From Planctomycetota bacterium (GTDB lineage Bacteria; Planctomycetota; Planctomycetia; Pirellulales; Lacipirellulaceae): a DNA stretch of 56,738 bases. Under the pieces are notes generated by a model that saw nothing but the letters and a program-made list of their open reading frames with translations, made no database searches and was not told the origin of the DNA. Every line of letters starts with the position of its first letter. Position 1 is the stretch's first letter. Where the stretch lies: assembly GCA_039190745.1 (NCBI GenBank), contig JBCCXZ010000018.1:1-56738 (forward strand), read 5' to 3'. Below are positions 9,647 to 18,549 of the stretch, piece after piece. A program made the position numbers and the translations under genes.

Positions 9647-10867
9647 TCACTCGCGGCCGGTTTGTTTCCCTGCCTTGTCTAGCCGCTCACGGATACCGGG
9701 GACGAGCCTGGCCGCGTTCTCGTAGTACACCTTCTTCAAGACTTCATCCGGAAGTCCCAGCCCGTAGATGTTCCACAAGCCCTGTGGCGGGTACTGCCCC
9801 TCGGCGTAGGTGAAGTACTCGTCACGCGTTTCCAGCATACGCCAGTGCGGGATCAGTCTGCCGATGGGCCGGGGGCCGTCGGTGCCGAACATGATACGGT
9901 CGGCGTAGCGCAGGAAAAACTCGCGAGCGGTGTAGGGCTGCCGGCCCAGCTCGGCGATGCGGGCGGCGATCTCGATCTGCAGGTTTGGGTACTCGTCGAG
10001 CCATCGGCCGACCCGCGCGAGATCTTCGGGGTGGTTGGCGACGTGGGCGCCGATGAACACGGTTTTAGGGTGGCGGGCGATCACGCGGTTGCGGGCTAAG
10101 AGCAGATCGTCGTGGCTCGGGAACTCGTCTCCGGCAAAGCTCCAGTCGGGGTGGCGGTGCAGCTCCTCCCAGCGTTCGTTGAAGCGGTCGACCGGTTGGA
10201 AGAACGCGACGGGGTCGGCGGAGTGTATCAGCACCGGCAGGCCCAGCCGGCCGCAAGCCTCCCAGATCGGGTCCCAGCGCGGGTCGTCGATCGCCACTAA
10301 TGACCCGTCGGGGTTGCGGTAGCCAAGGCCGAGCATCTTGAAGACCTTCAGGCCCGATGCGCCCTGCTCCTTAGCCCGCTGGAGCGCCACGGCCATCCGG
10401 CGGCCGAAGCCGGGCCGGTGGCAGGCCCAGGTGGCCGGGTCTTCGCGGCGGCCTTCGCCGATCCAATCGACGTTGGCGAAGATGACGAACCGGTCTCGGT
10501 AGTCGGTCCAAAGGTACCGCTTGTGCTCTTCGAGCCGCTCGCCAAGCTGCCCATCGAGGCTGACGCAGACGCGGATGTTCTGCTGGTTCATAAGCCGCAC
10601 GTACTCGTCGAGCTGCTCGGGTGAGCTGCGCAGCTTCAGCCGCGGGTGGAGGTGGACGTCGACCACCGGATACTTGGCCCGGGTCAGCCGCTGGCTGGGC
10701 GCCTTAAGCGTCGGACGAGGCTGAAACTGGTCTAGGAGAAGTTGTCGACCGTCGGCGCCGTCGAGCGGCGGTGGCTGCTCCGCGTTCACCAGTACGCCGT
10801 GCATCGCGCAAACCGCGAGCAACCAACCAAACCGCCTTCGGAAGAACGGCGCTGCTGCTGCGTTCAC
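9647..10867 (-). CDS. Amidohydrolase family protein (amidohydro_2-like), probably exported
   Basis: VVDVHLH metal site, GLKV, LPVLIHSADP, FIGAH, RIMFGTD and KVYYENA. 4-nt overlap with the upstream gene. Confidence 0.88.
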   Translation of the reverse strand: MNAAAAPFFRRRFGWLLAVCAMHGVLVNAEQPPPLDGADGRQLLLDQFQPRPTLKAPSQRLTRAKYPVVDVHLHPRLKLRSSPEQLDEYVRLMNQQNIRVCVSLDGQLGERLEEHKRYLWTDYRDRFVIFANVDWIGEGRREDPATWACHRPGFGRRMAVALQRAKEQGASGLKVFKMLGLGYRNPDGSLVAIDDPRWDPIWEACGRLGLPVLIHSADPVAFFQPVDRFNERWEELHRHPDWSFAGDEFPSHDDLLLARNRVIARHPKTVFIGAHVANHPEDLARVGRWLDEYPNLQIEIAARIAELGRQPYTAREFFLRYADRIMFGTDGPRPIGRLIPHWRMLETRDEYFTYAEGQYPPQGLWNIYGLGLPDEVLKKVYYENAARLVPGIRERLDKAGKQTGRE

Positions 10868-11781
10868 GTTGTTGCTTCTCTTGGCGTTGTCGCTTGCTGC
10901 ATCACCTCTTGCAGGCGGAAGTGGAACTTGCCGAGCTTGCCGCCGTAGTTCCCCGCGCTAATCGCCAAGACGCCGTCCCCGGCCGCGGCCTCGATAGCCG
11001 CACGCATCGCCGACGCCACCGTGGCTTCGTCGACGCCGTTGATAACGATCTCGTAGGCGCAGTGGGCCCCGTCGGCAAGCTCGGAGTCGACCGAACCGCG
11101 GAGCGTCGGGCAGAACGCGTGGTTGGAAGAAGCGACCATCTTCGGGTACTTGGAACCGACCTTGCTGCCGCTGCGGACCACGCCGCCGGGAAACGGGGCG
11201 ATCACGCCCGGCAAGTTGGCGACCGTGTCGCTCGCCCGCTTCGCCGCGGCGAGGGCTGTGTTCTGATCGACCGCTTGGAGGATGATGTTGCCGCCGGCGA
11301 TGCCTTTGCCGACGCCGGCCGATTCCTCCACCAGGAACTCGCCGTCCATCACCGGCACGCGCCAGTAGCGGGTTTCGCCCAACAGCTTGCTCTTCTGGTA
11401 GCCGTCGCCGAAGTAGCGGAGGCGGCTCCCCAACGGGACCTCGTCGACGGCGTCGTCCAGGCCGTTGAACACCGCAGTGGTGGGGCAGGTCATCACGCAC
11501 TGGCCGACGCGGTTGGGCACGGCCTTGGCCAAGGCGTCTGTGGAGAAGCCGAACAGCAGCACCGCTGCGCCGGTCCGGCCGTCGGGCGTCGCGTCTGGAT
11601 CAACGCGGCATTCGACGCCGACCTCCGCGTCGCAGGCAATCACCGACGCGGCGTAGCCGGTCAGCTCCCTCAGGGCCGCGTCCAACCAGTAGTCGTCCGC
11701 TGCGGTCACGATCAACCGCGCGTACCGCATGCGGAACGCTTCGGCGAACGTGTCGACGATCTCTGTGTTGCCGAGCTTCAT
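10864..11781 (-). CDS. fhcD: Formylmethanofuran--tetrahydromethanopterin N-formyltransferase (Ftr/FhcD)
   Basis: DTFAEAF, SVIACDAEVG, TPDGRTG, RVGQCVMTCPTTAVF, LRYFGDG, GGVVRSGSKVGS and SAGNYGGKLG. Confidence 0.96.
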   Translation of the reverse strand: MKLGNTEIVDTFAEAFRMRYARLIVTAADDYWLDAALRELTGYAASVIACDAEVGVECRVDPDATPDGRTGAAVLLFGFSTDALAKAVPNRVGQCVMTCPTTAVFNGLDDAVDEVPLGSRLRYFGDGYQKSKLLGETRYWRVPVMDGEFLVEESAGVGKGIAGGNIILQAVDQNTALAAAKRASDTVANLPGVIAPFPGGVVRSGSKVGSKYPKMVASSNHAFCPTLRGSVDSELADGAHCAYEIVINGVDEATVASAMRAAIEAAAGDGVLAISAGNYGGKLGKFHFRLQEVMQQATTPREATT

Positions 11782-11864
11782 CGCGGCTGCGCTGACGGGG
11801 GGCTGCTCAAGGGTATGCGGGTCGTCAGTATAGACGATCCCCCCTCACGTCGCAGTTGCGGCGG

Positions 11865-12299
11865 CTAGGCGGTGGCGTAGCTGGCCTGCGCGGCGAGCAT
11901 ACGGCTGCTGATGAGTCCGTACGCCGCGGTCCAGGCCTCTTCGAGCTCGTCGTCCCACAGACTGCCGGCGTACTCGGCCAGCGTCTTCAGGAGCGTCTGG
12001 CCCACCGCGTCGTACTGCGCGGGCGTGGCGCCGATCTCCCCGTGCCGCTGGCCGAGGCGGTCGAGCGCGGCGTCGAGCTTCTCGGGGCTGCGGAGGTTCT
12101 GCACGACGAGAACTAGAGAACTGAGCAGCTTCTTCTGCTGTTCTTGGGGGTCGGTCTGCTCAAAGAGCGGCCGTACGGCTGGGTAGTCAGTGAACAACCT
12201 TTGGTAAAAGCTCGCCGCGATCTCCTCGCCGTTTGGAGCAAGCAGCGCGAAACTCGATTCCAAGGCGTGCGTCTGCTGTTCGTTGAGTGCATCAGTCAC
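11865..12299 (-). CDS. Single-domain globin (flavohaemoglobin-type globin domain, no reductase domain)
   Basis: FYQRLFTDYPAVRPLF (B10 Tyr/CD1 Phe), QQKKL, LGQRH proximal His, YDAVGQTLL and AWTAAY. Confidence 0.92.
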   Translation of the reverse strand: MTDALNEQQTHALESSFALLAPNGEEIAASFYQRLFTDYPAVRPLFEQTDPQEQQKKLLSSLVLVVQNLRSPEKLDAALDRLGQRHGEIGATPAQYDAVGQTLLKTLAEYAGSLWDDELEEAWTAAYGLISSRMLAAQASYATA

Positions 12300-12420
12300 T
12301 TGAGTTCCCCCTCAATCTGCCGATCTTGAACCGGCCGCGCGGCCGACCGACAAGGATAGGGCGCGGACAGGGGCCCCGCGGATGGAGAGCCGCAGGAGAC
12401 GGGCGTGAATCGCATAACCG

Positions 12421-13548
12421 TTACGAAACGCGCTCTGAGAGTAGCTTGGCGAGCTTGCGGGCGGTCGTGTTCAGCGGGTAGTCATCGATCTCGGGAATCG
12501 GCACCCACCGCACGCCGCCGTCCGCCGACGAACGGAGCCGGCCCCCGGCGTAGCGGGCCTCGTAGCAGTCCAGCGTGATCCGGTACCGCGTAACGCCATG
12601 CCGAAGGGTCTGCACCAACGCGCCCGGCTCGACGCGGACCCCGGTTTGGCTCTGGACCTTAGAGGCGAGTTCGTCGCGGGCGAACAGGGGGCCCTCGCTC
12701 TCCAGCGGGAAGCGGGGGAAGTCCCACAGCCCGGCCCAGCGCTCCGACTCGCCGCAGAGCCGGAGCAGCACCGCCCCGTTGCGTCGAACCAGCACGGCCG
12801 CTTCACGCAACTCCTCGAACTGTTTCCTTGGCTTGGCCGCGGGGATCGTTTCTTGTGCCCCGGCTAAGTTCGCCGCGCACAAACCTGCGACGGGGCACTC
12901 GCCGCATTTGGGCGCCTTGGGCGTGCATACGAGTGCACCCAGCTCCATCAGCGCCTGGTTGAAGTCGCCGGCCCGCGTGCGTGGGAGCACCTCTTCGGCG
13001 AACGCCCACAGTCGCTTCTGCGTGGGGCCTTCGGTCGGCTGGTCACGGCAGCCGATCAACCGGCAGAAGAGCCGGATCGTGTTCGCTTCGAGGATAGGAG
13101 CCGGCTGGTCGCACGCGATCGACAGGATCGCCCCGGCGGTGTAGCGGCCGATGCCCGGCAGCTTCTGCAGGGCCGTGAGGTCGGTGGGAAACTCTCCACC
13201 GTGCTCTGCGACCACCACCTTCGCCGCCGCGTGGAGCCCCCGCGCGCGGCGGTAGTACCCGAGGCCTTCCCACAGCCGCAGGATTTCCTGCTCGTCGGCA
13301 TCGGCGAGGTCTTCAACTGTGGGGAACCGCTGGAGGAATCGGTCGAAGTACGGGCGGACGGTCTCCACCTGCGTCTGCTGCAGCATGACCTCGCTAACCC
13401 AGACGCGGTAGGGCGAGGGGTTGCGACGCCACGGCAGATCGCGGGCCTCTTTCGCGTACCAGGCGAGCAATCGTCGGCGGAGCTTGCGTCGCCATTCGGG
13501 CGGCGCGTCGCTCGCCGGGCCGTCTGTTCCGGCGCCTTCCGATGGCAT
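12421..13548 (-). CDS. mutY: A/G-specific adenine glycosylase MutY
   Basis: RDLPWR, WVSEVMLQQTQV, WEGLGYYRRAR, LPGIGRYTAGA HhH motif, 4Fe-4S CTPKAPKCGECPVAGLC and a C-terminal NUDIX-like domain. Confidence 0.97.
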   Translation of the reverse strand: MPSEGAGTDGPASDAPPEWRRKLRRRLLAWYAKEARDLPWRRNPSPYRVWVSEVMLQQTQVETVRPYFDRFLQRFPTVEDLADADEQEILRLWEGLGYYRRARGLHAAAKVVVAEHGGEFPTDLTALQKLPGIGRYTAGAILSIACDQPAPILEANTIRLFCRLIGCRDQPTEGPTQKRLWAFAEEVLPRTRAGDFNQALMELGALVCTPKAPKCGECPVAGLCAANLAGAQETIPAAKPRKQFEELREAAVLVRRNGAVLLRLCGESERWAGLWDFPRFPLESEGPLFARDELASKVQSQTGVRVEPGALVQTLRHGVTRYRITLDCYEARYAGGRLRSSADGGVRWVPIPEIDDYPLNTTARKLAKLLSERVS

Positions 13549-13567
13549 AGTCGCTCGCGAAAGAGAG

Positions 13568-15130
13568 TTACTGGTCCTTCAGCGCCGAGACCATGTCGAC
13601 CAGCGCCTGCTTGCCATCGCCGAACAGCATCAGCGTGTTATCGGCGGCGAACAGCGGGTTGGGGATCCCCGCGAAACCGGGGCTGAGGCTCCGCTTGATA
13701 ACGACCACCGTGCGGGCCTCGTTGACGTTCAGGATCGGCATGCCCGCGATGGGGCTCGTGGGGTCGGTGTTCGCTACGGGGTTCACCACGTCGTTGGCGC
13801 CGATGACAATCGCCAAGTCGCACTGGGCGAACGTCGGGTTGATCTCGTCCATCTCCTTGAGCTGCTCGTACGGCACGTCGGCCTCGGCGAGCAGCACGTT
13901 CATGTGCCCCGGCATGCGGCCGGCGACGGGGTGGATGGCGTACTCAACATTGACGCCATTGGCTTCGAGCAGGTTGGCCAGATCGCGCACCGTGTGCTGG
14001 GCCTGGGCCACGGCCAAGCCGTAGCCGGGCACGATCACGACTCGCTGGACGCCGTCGAGCAGCATGGCAACCTCGTCGGCCGAAGTCTGTTTGATCTTGC
14101 CGGTGTAGATATCGTCCTCGGCCGCGGCGCCGGCGGCGGCCTCGAACTTCACGAACAGCACGTTGGCGAGGGAACGGTTCATCGCCTTGCACATAATGCT
14201 GGTGAGGATCAACCCGGAGGCGCCCACGAGCGAGCCGGCGATGATCAGCACGTTGTTGTCGATCACGAACCCGGCGGCCGCGGCGGCCAAACCGGAGTAG
14301 CTGTTCAGGAGGGCAATCACGACGGGCATGTCGGCGCCGCCGATGGGCAGCACGAACAATGCTCCCAGAGCAAACGCCAGGAGCACCAGCAGCAGGTAAG
14401 CCCAAGACGAGCCGTCGGCCATCTGGTAGATCAAGAGCACCGACACGACCAAGAGCGCGGCGCTCGCCCACTGCTGACCGCCGAAGCTGAACTGCTTCTT
14501 GAATTGAGGCAGTTCCTGCAGCTTTGCCGCGGCGATCAACGAACCGGTGAAGGTGACCGCCCCGATCAGACCGGCGAGCCCTGAAGCGACCGCGAATACG
14601 CGGGGGTCGGCTTCGGGGCCGGGGCCCTTGAGCACTTCGGCCGCGGCGACGAGCACCGAGGCGATGCCCCCGAAGCCGTTGAACAAGGCCACCAGCTGGG
14701 GCATCTGCGTCATCTGCACCGTGCGGGCGAGCCAGGTGCCGCCCGCGGAACCGACCACGATGCCGGCGATCCAGACCACGGGGGAGACGCTGGTTTGCAT
14801 CACCGTAACGAGCACCGCGATGAGCATACCGACCGACCCGAGAAGGTTCCCCCTGACGGCGGTCCGCGGGTGGGTCATCCCCTTGATGCCGAGGATGAAG
14901 AGGATCGCGGCGATGAGGTAGCCGGCGTTCTGAAGTGGCGACGCGGCGACCGCCTCAGCCGTCTCCGCTAAGACCTCGGCAGCAACCCCGGCTGCGTCTT
15001 CGGCGGCCTTGGCCGCCTGCTCGGCTGCGTCGACTACATCCTCAGCAACTACACCCTCGGCAACCACGTCCTCAGCAGACGGGGACTCGTCGGCTTGGGC
15101 GAGCAGCACTGGCAGGTAGGCGTTTCCCAT
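13568..15130 (-). CDS. pntB: NAD(P) transhydrogenase subunit beta
   Basis: MTQMPQLVALFNGFGG, PIGGADMPVVIALLNSYSG, PGYGLAVAQAQH and IHPVAGRMPGHMNVLLAEA. Confidence 0.97.
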   Translation of the reverse strand: MGNAYLPVLLAQADESPSAEDVVAEGVVAEDVVDAAEQAAKAAEDAAGVAAEVLAETAEAVAASPLQNAGYLIAAILFILGIKGMTHPRTAVRGNLLGSVGMLIAVLVTVMQTSVSPVVWIAGIVVGSAGGTWLARTVQMTQMPQLVALFNGFGGIASVLVAAAEVLKGPGPEADPRVFAVASGLAGLIGAVTFTGSLIAAAKLQELPQFKKQFSFGGQQWASAALLVVSVLLIYQMADGSSWAYLLLVLLAFALGALFVLPIGGADMPVVIALLNSYSGLAAAAAGFVIDNNVLIIAGSLVGASGLILTSIMCKAMNRSLANVLFVKFEAAAGAAAEDDIYTGKIKQTSADEVAMLLDGVQRVVIVPGYGLAVAQAQHTVRDLANLLEANGVNVEYAIHPVAGRMPGHMNVLLAEADVPYEQLKEMDEINPTFAQCDLAIVIGANDVVNPVANTDPTSPIAGMPILNVNEARTVVVIKRSLSPGFAGIPNPLFAADNTLMLFGDGKQALVDMVSALKDQ

Positions 15131-15156
15131 GGGGGCTGGCTACTTCTTCGTCTGGT

Positions 15157-15426
15157 CTACTTCTTAGACTGGAACATGCTGAGCATACGGTGGGTGACGA
15201 GGAACCCGCCGACCACGTTCAGCGTGGCGAACACCACTGCGAGGAAGCCGAACAGCCCGGCCCAGAACCCGCCGCCAGCCAAGAGCGCACCGACGAGCGT
15301 GATGCCGCTGATTGCGTTCGAGCCGCTCATCAACGGCGTGTGCAGGGTGGGGGGCACCTTGGTGATGATTTCGAACCCGACGAAGACGGCGAGCGCGAAA
15401 ATCGTGAGGGCGGTGATGAGGTCCAT
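15157..15426 (-). CDS. pntAB: NAD(P) transhydrogenase subunit alpha part 2 (membrane part, PntAB)
   Basis: KVPPTLHTPLMSGSNAISGI and NVVGGFLVTHRMLSMF. Confidence 0.95.
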   Translation of the reverse strand: MDLITALTIFALAVFVGFEIITKVPPTLHTPLMSGSNAISGITLVGALLAGGGFWAGLFGFLAVVFATLNVVGGFLVTHRMLSMFQSKK

Positions 15427-15473
15427 TCTGGAATTCCCGTCGTCGGCGTGACGTGGTTCTCGCGGTCTGTCGG

Positions 15474-16689
15474 CTACGACTGCTGGCCCTCGGCCAGGTG
15501 ATCGGCCGGGGGTTCGGCGGGTGGTTTGAGCAACGGCTCCTGGCCCAGCATGCCGCGGATGCGGTCGTTCTGCACCTGGCCGTCCTTGGCGGCGAGGGTA
15601 TCGGCGACGACCTCGTCTTTCAGGTCGAGCGTCAGCTCGCCTTCCTTGGTCATCAGCAGCAGCAACGTGGTCACGTTCTTGGCGAACATCTGGCTGGCGT
15701 GCTGAGGGACCTGCGATGGCAGGTTCGTGGGGCCGAGGACCGTAACGCCGTGGGAGACGACAGTCTCATCGGGCCGCGAGGCCTCGCAGTTGCCGCCCCG
15801 CTCGGCGGCGAGGTCGACGATCACTGAGCCGGGGGCCATCCGCCGCACCGCGTCGTCGGTGATCAGGAGGGGGCGACGGCTTGCCGGGGATCGCGGCGGT
15901 AGTAATGCACACGTCGCACTCGGCGACGATGTCGGCGAGCTGACGGCGTTGCTCCTGCTGCTGCTCTTCGGAGAGTTGCTTCGCGTAGCCGCCCTTGTCT
16001 TCGGTGTTGGCAGTGTCGAGCTTCAGCTCGACGAATTTCGCGCCGAGGCTCTCGATCTGCTCCTTCACGGCCGGCCGAACATCGTACGCCTGCACGACGG
16101 CACCGAGGCGGCGGGCGGAGGCGATCGCCTGCAGGCCGGCTACACCGGCCCCGATCACCAGCACCTTAGCGGCCACCAGCGTGCCGGCCGCGGTCATCAG
16201 CATCGGGAACAGCTTAGGCAGGTGGTCGGCGGCGAGCAACACCGCCTTGTAGCCGGCCACGGTGGCCATTGAGGAGAGCACGTCCATGCTCTGGGCCCGG
16301 GTGATGCGGGGGATTAACTCCAGCGCGAAGAAGTTAACGCCGGTGGCGGCGATGTCCTGCACTGCTTGGGGATTGCCCAGCGGATCGCACGTGCCAATGA
16401 CGGTGAGCCCGGGGCGGAACAAATCGAGGTCGACGCGGCCGGCGTCGGGGTTGGCCCCCAGCGAGCGGACTTGGATGAGGACATCTGCCTCATCCATTGT
16501 GGCGCCGCGGTCGGGAGCGATCTCCGCGCCCTTGTCACGGAACTGATCATCGGTGATGCCCGCGGCTTCACCGGCCCCGGCTTCTACGACCACCTGCCAG
16601 CCGGCCTTGGTCAACGGAGGCACAAGGCCCGGCACGAGGGCAACCCGCCTTTCCCCGGGGAAGGTCTCTTTGAGGACGGCGACTTTCAC
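15474..16689 (-). CDS. pntAA: NAD(P) transhydrogenase subunit alpha part 1 (PntAA), interrupted by a +1 frameshift at the G5 run 15869-15873
   Basis: KETFPGERRVALVP, PRITRAQSMDVLSSMA and GAGVAGLQAI in one frame, then MAPGSVIVDLAAERGGNCE in another. Removing one base gives ...IPGKPSPLLITDDAVRRMAPGS, a 404-aa protein. Confidence 0.93.
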
Positions 16690-16798
16690 GCGGGCGGGCC
16701 GAGGGCTGAGTCAGGCGGTCTGGGTAAGCGTTTCGGAGCTTATTGTTGCAGACCTCCCGCGCGATTAGAAGACGCCGGCGAGTGGGCGGGCCGCGAAT

Positions 16799-18385
16799 CT
16801 AGTTCGAGACCCGGAACGTGAAATGCGCGACCACGACCTTGTCGTATTCTCCTGCAAGCGAATTCAAGGCCAGGTCGTCGCCTTCGAGAACCACGCCCAC
16901 AACCCCGATGCGGGACCCAATCGGGCGGCCCTCGCCCTTCGCGTAGGTCGGCAGGACCAGCGGGCCCTGATCGGTTTGCAGCTTCACGGTCATCAGGGTG
17001 CCGAGGCCGACGGCTCGCACGTCCTCCACCGTCCCCGGGAAGAAGATGCCGCGGTTGGGCGGTTCCGGGAGGGTCCACCAGCGGGACGCGATCCGCGTGA
17101 TCTCACCCCCCAACTCGGGGATGTCGAGCATGTCGCGGAAGAAGTCCTTGCCGACGATCGACCGGGTCACCATCCGGGTGTCGAGGTCGTCGCGGTTGAC
17201 GAAGCCGCACTGCTCGGCGAACGAACAGACTGTGATGTAGGCGCCGCCCTTGACGGGCACGGTCGCCGGGTCGTCGAGCGAGCCGTTGACGAGCTCTGGC
17301 AGCGCTGCTTCGGCGATGTCCTGCTGCTCGAGAAAAGCCAGCGCGTGCTTCATGAGCTCACGCTCGGGCAACTGGGGGGACGACGGCTTCTGAGGCGCCG
17401 CGGCAGGGGATTGTGCCGACGCGGCCACGACTTCGGAATCGCGTCGGACCGGCGTTGTGGCGTCTTGTTCGGCGGTGATCGGCGGTACGGTGCTCTCTAG
17501 TTCCGCTTGGGCAAACGAGGTCGCATCTGAGGAGGTAGCACCGGGTCCGAAATCGTTGCCTTGCTCCTGAGCAGACAGCGAGGTCGGCTGGAAGGAAGGT
17601 GGTAGCGTCGTCTCGGGCAGGTACTGCGCGACCTGCAGGTAGTCGCCCTCGGGGCCGAGGATCCACAGCAGCGCGAAGAGGCCGCCGACAACTCCGACGG
17701 CTCCGCCGGCGAGCGTGCCCGCGAGTAGCTTCAGCGGGCTCTTGCGGCGGCGGCGCTCGGGCTCGAAGTTAAGCTGCAAGGTGTCGGCGTTGGTTGTCGA
17801 CTGGGTCTCGGTGAGCGCGGGGATGCGGAACTCGGACGACGTAGGCTCGCCGTCGAGTTGCGGGATCTCTTCGAACGCGGAGGCCGCGGTGTCGAGCACG
17901 GGCGTGGATTCGTCAGCTGTTGATTCGCTGGCGGTTGGTTCCTCTGTGGCGGACGGTTCGTCGAACTCCGGCGGCTCCCAAGAAGCGGGGCTTGGGGGCT
18001 TCGCCGCCACGTCCTGTCGCTTCGACAGTTCGTCGCGGACCTCTTTGCCGAGTTCGTTGTCGCTAGCCACGGTGCCGTAGGGGTCGACTTCCGAGATCAG
18101 CTCGGAGAGGGTCGGCGCCGATTCGGCGCCGGCCGTTTCAGTGATGCCCGGCAGGCTCGTCGGCTGCTGGGGGAGGTTGCTGGACGGCACGGCCGTGGGC
18201 GCTTCTTCGGCGGGTTCTCTTTCGACGGGCCCGACGAGTATGGCGCGGTGCAACGGACGGGGGACCACCTCGGAGAGCCCGAACCGGCTGCCGCAGTTGG
18301 GGCACTCGGCGTGGTCGCCGAGCGAGTACTCTTCGGGCAGTTCCAACGCTGCTGAGCAAGCCGGGCAGTTGGTGGTAGTCGTCAT
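16799..18385 (-). CDS. Hypothetical bitopic membrane protein with N-terminal zinc ribbon
   Basis: CPAC...CPNC, a long acidic low-complexity linker, then RRRKSP plus a hydrophobic helix and a C-terminal globular region. Confidence 0.7.
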   Translation of the reverse strand: MTTTTNCPACSAALELPEEYSLGDHAECPNCGSRFGLSEVVPRPLHRAILVGPVEREPAEEAPTAVPSSNLPQQPTSLPGITETAGAESAPTLSELISEVDPYGTVASDNELGKEVRDELSKRQDVAAKPPSPASWEPPEFDEPSATEEPTASESTADESTPVLDTAASAFEEIPQLDGEPTSSEFRIPALTETQSTTNADTLQLNFEPERRRRKSPLKLLAGTLAGGAVGVVGGLFALLWILGPEGDYLQVAQYLPETTLPPSFQPTSLSAQEQGNDFGPGATSSDATSFAQAELESTVPPITAEQDATTPVRRDSEVVAASAQSPAAAPQKPSSPQLPERELMKHALAFLEQQDIAEAALPELVNGSLDDPATVPVKGGAYITVCSFAEQCGFVNRDDLDTRMVTRSIVGKDFFRDMLDIPELGGEITRIASRWWTLPEPPNRGIFFPGTVEDVRAVGLGTLMTVKLQTDQGPLVLPTYAKGEGRPIGSRIGVVGVVLEGDDLALNSLAGEYDKVVVAHFTFRVSN

Positions 18386-18549
18386 CGAGACCTTCCGCTG
18401 ACTTGGGTGCGAACCGACCGCACCGAACCGAGCGCTATGAATAGATTGAATACACCCGCCGCGGCGTTGTATCGGCCTAGTTTATCAACGCCCATTCCGC
18501 GGGACGAGCCTCGGCAGGGCGTAGCACGGTCTTTCATTCGTGGGCGTCC

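Noticed and set aside
9647..10867. Calling the amidohydrolase FhcA
   Set aside because: It is shorter than FhcA, has amidohydro_2-type motifs, and has a signal-peptide-like N-terminus.
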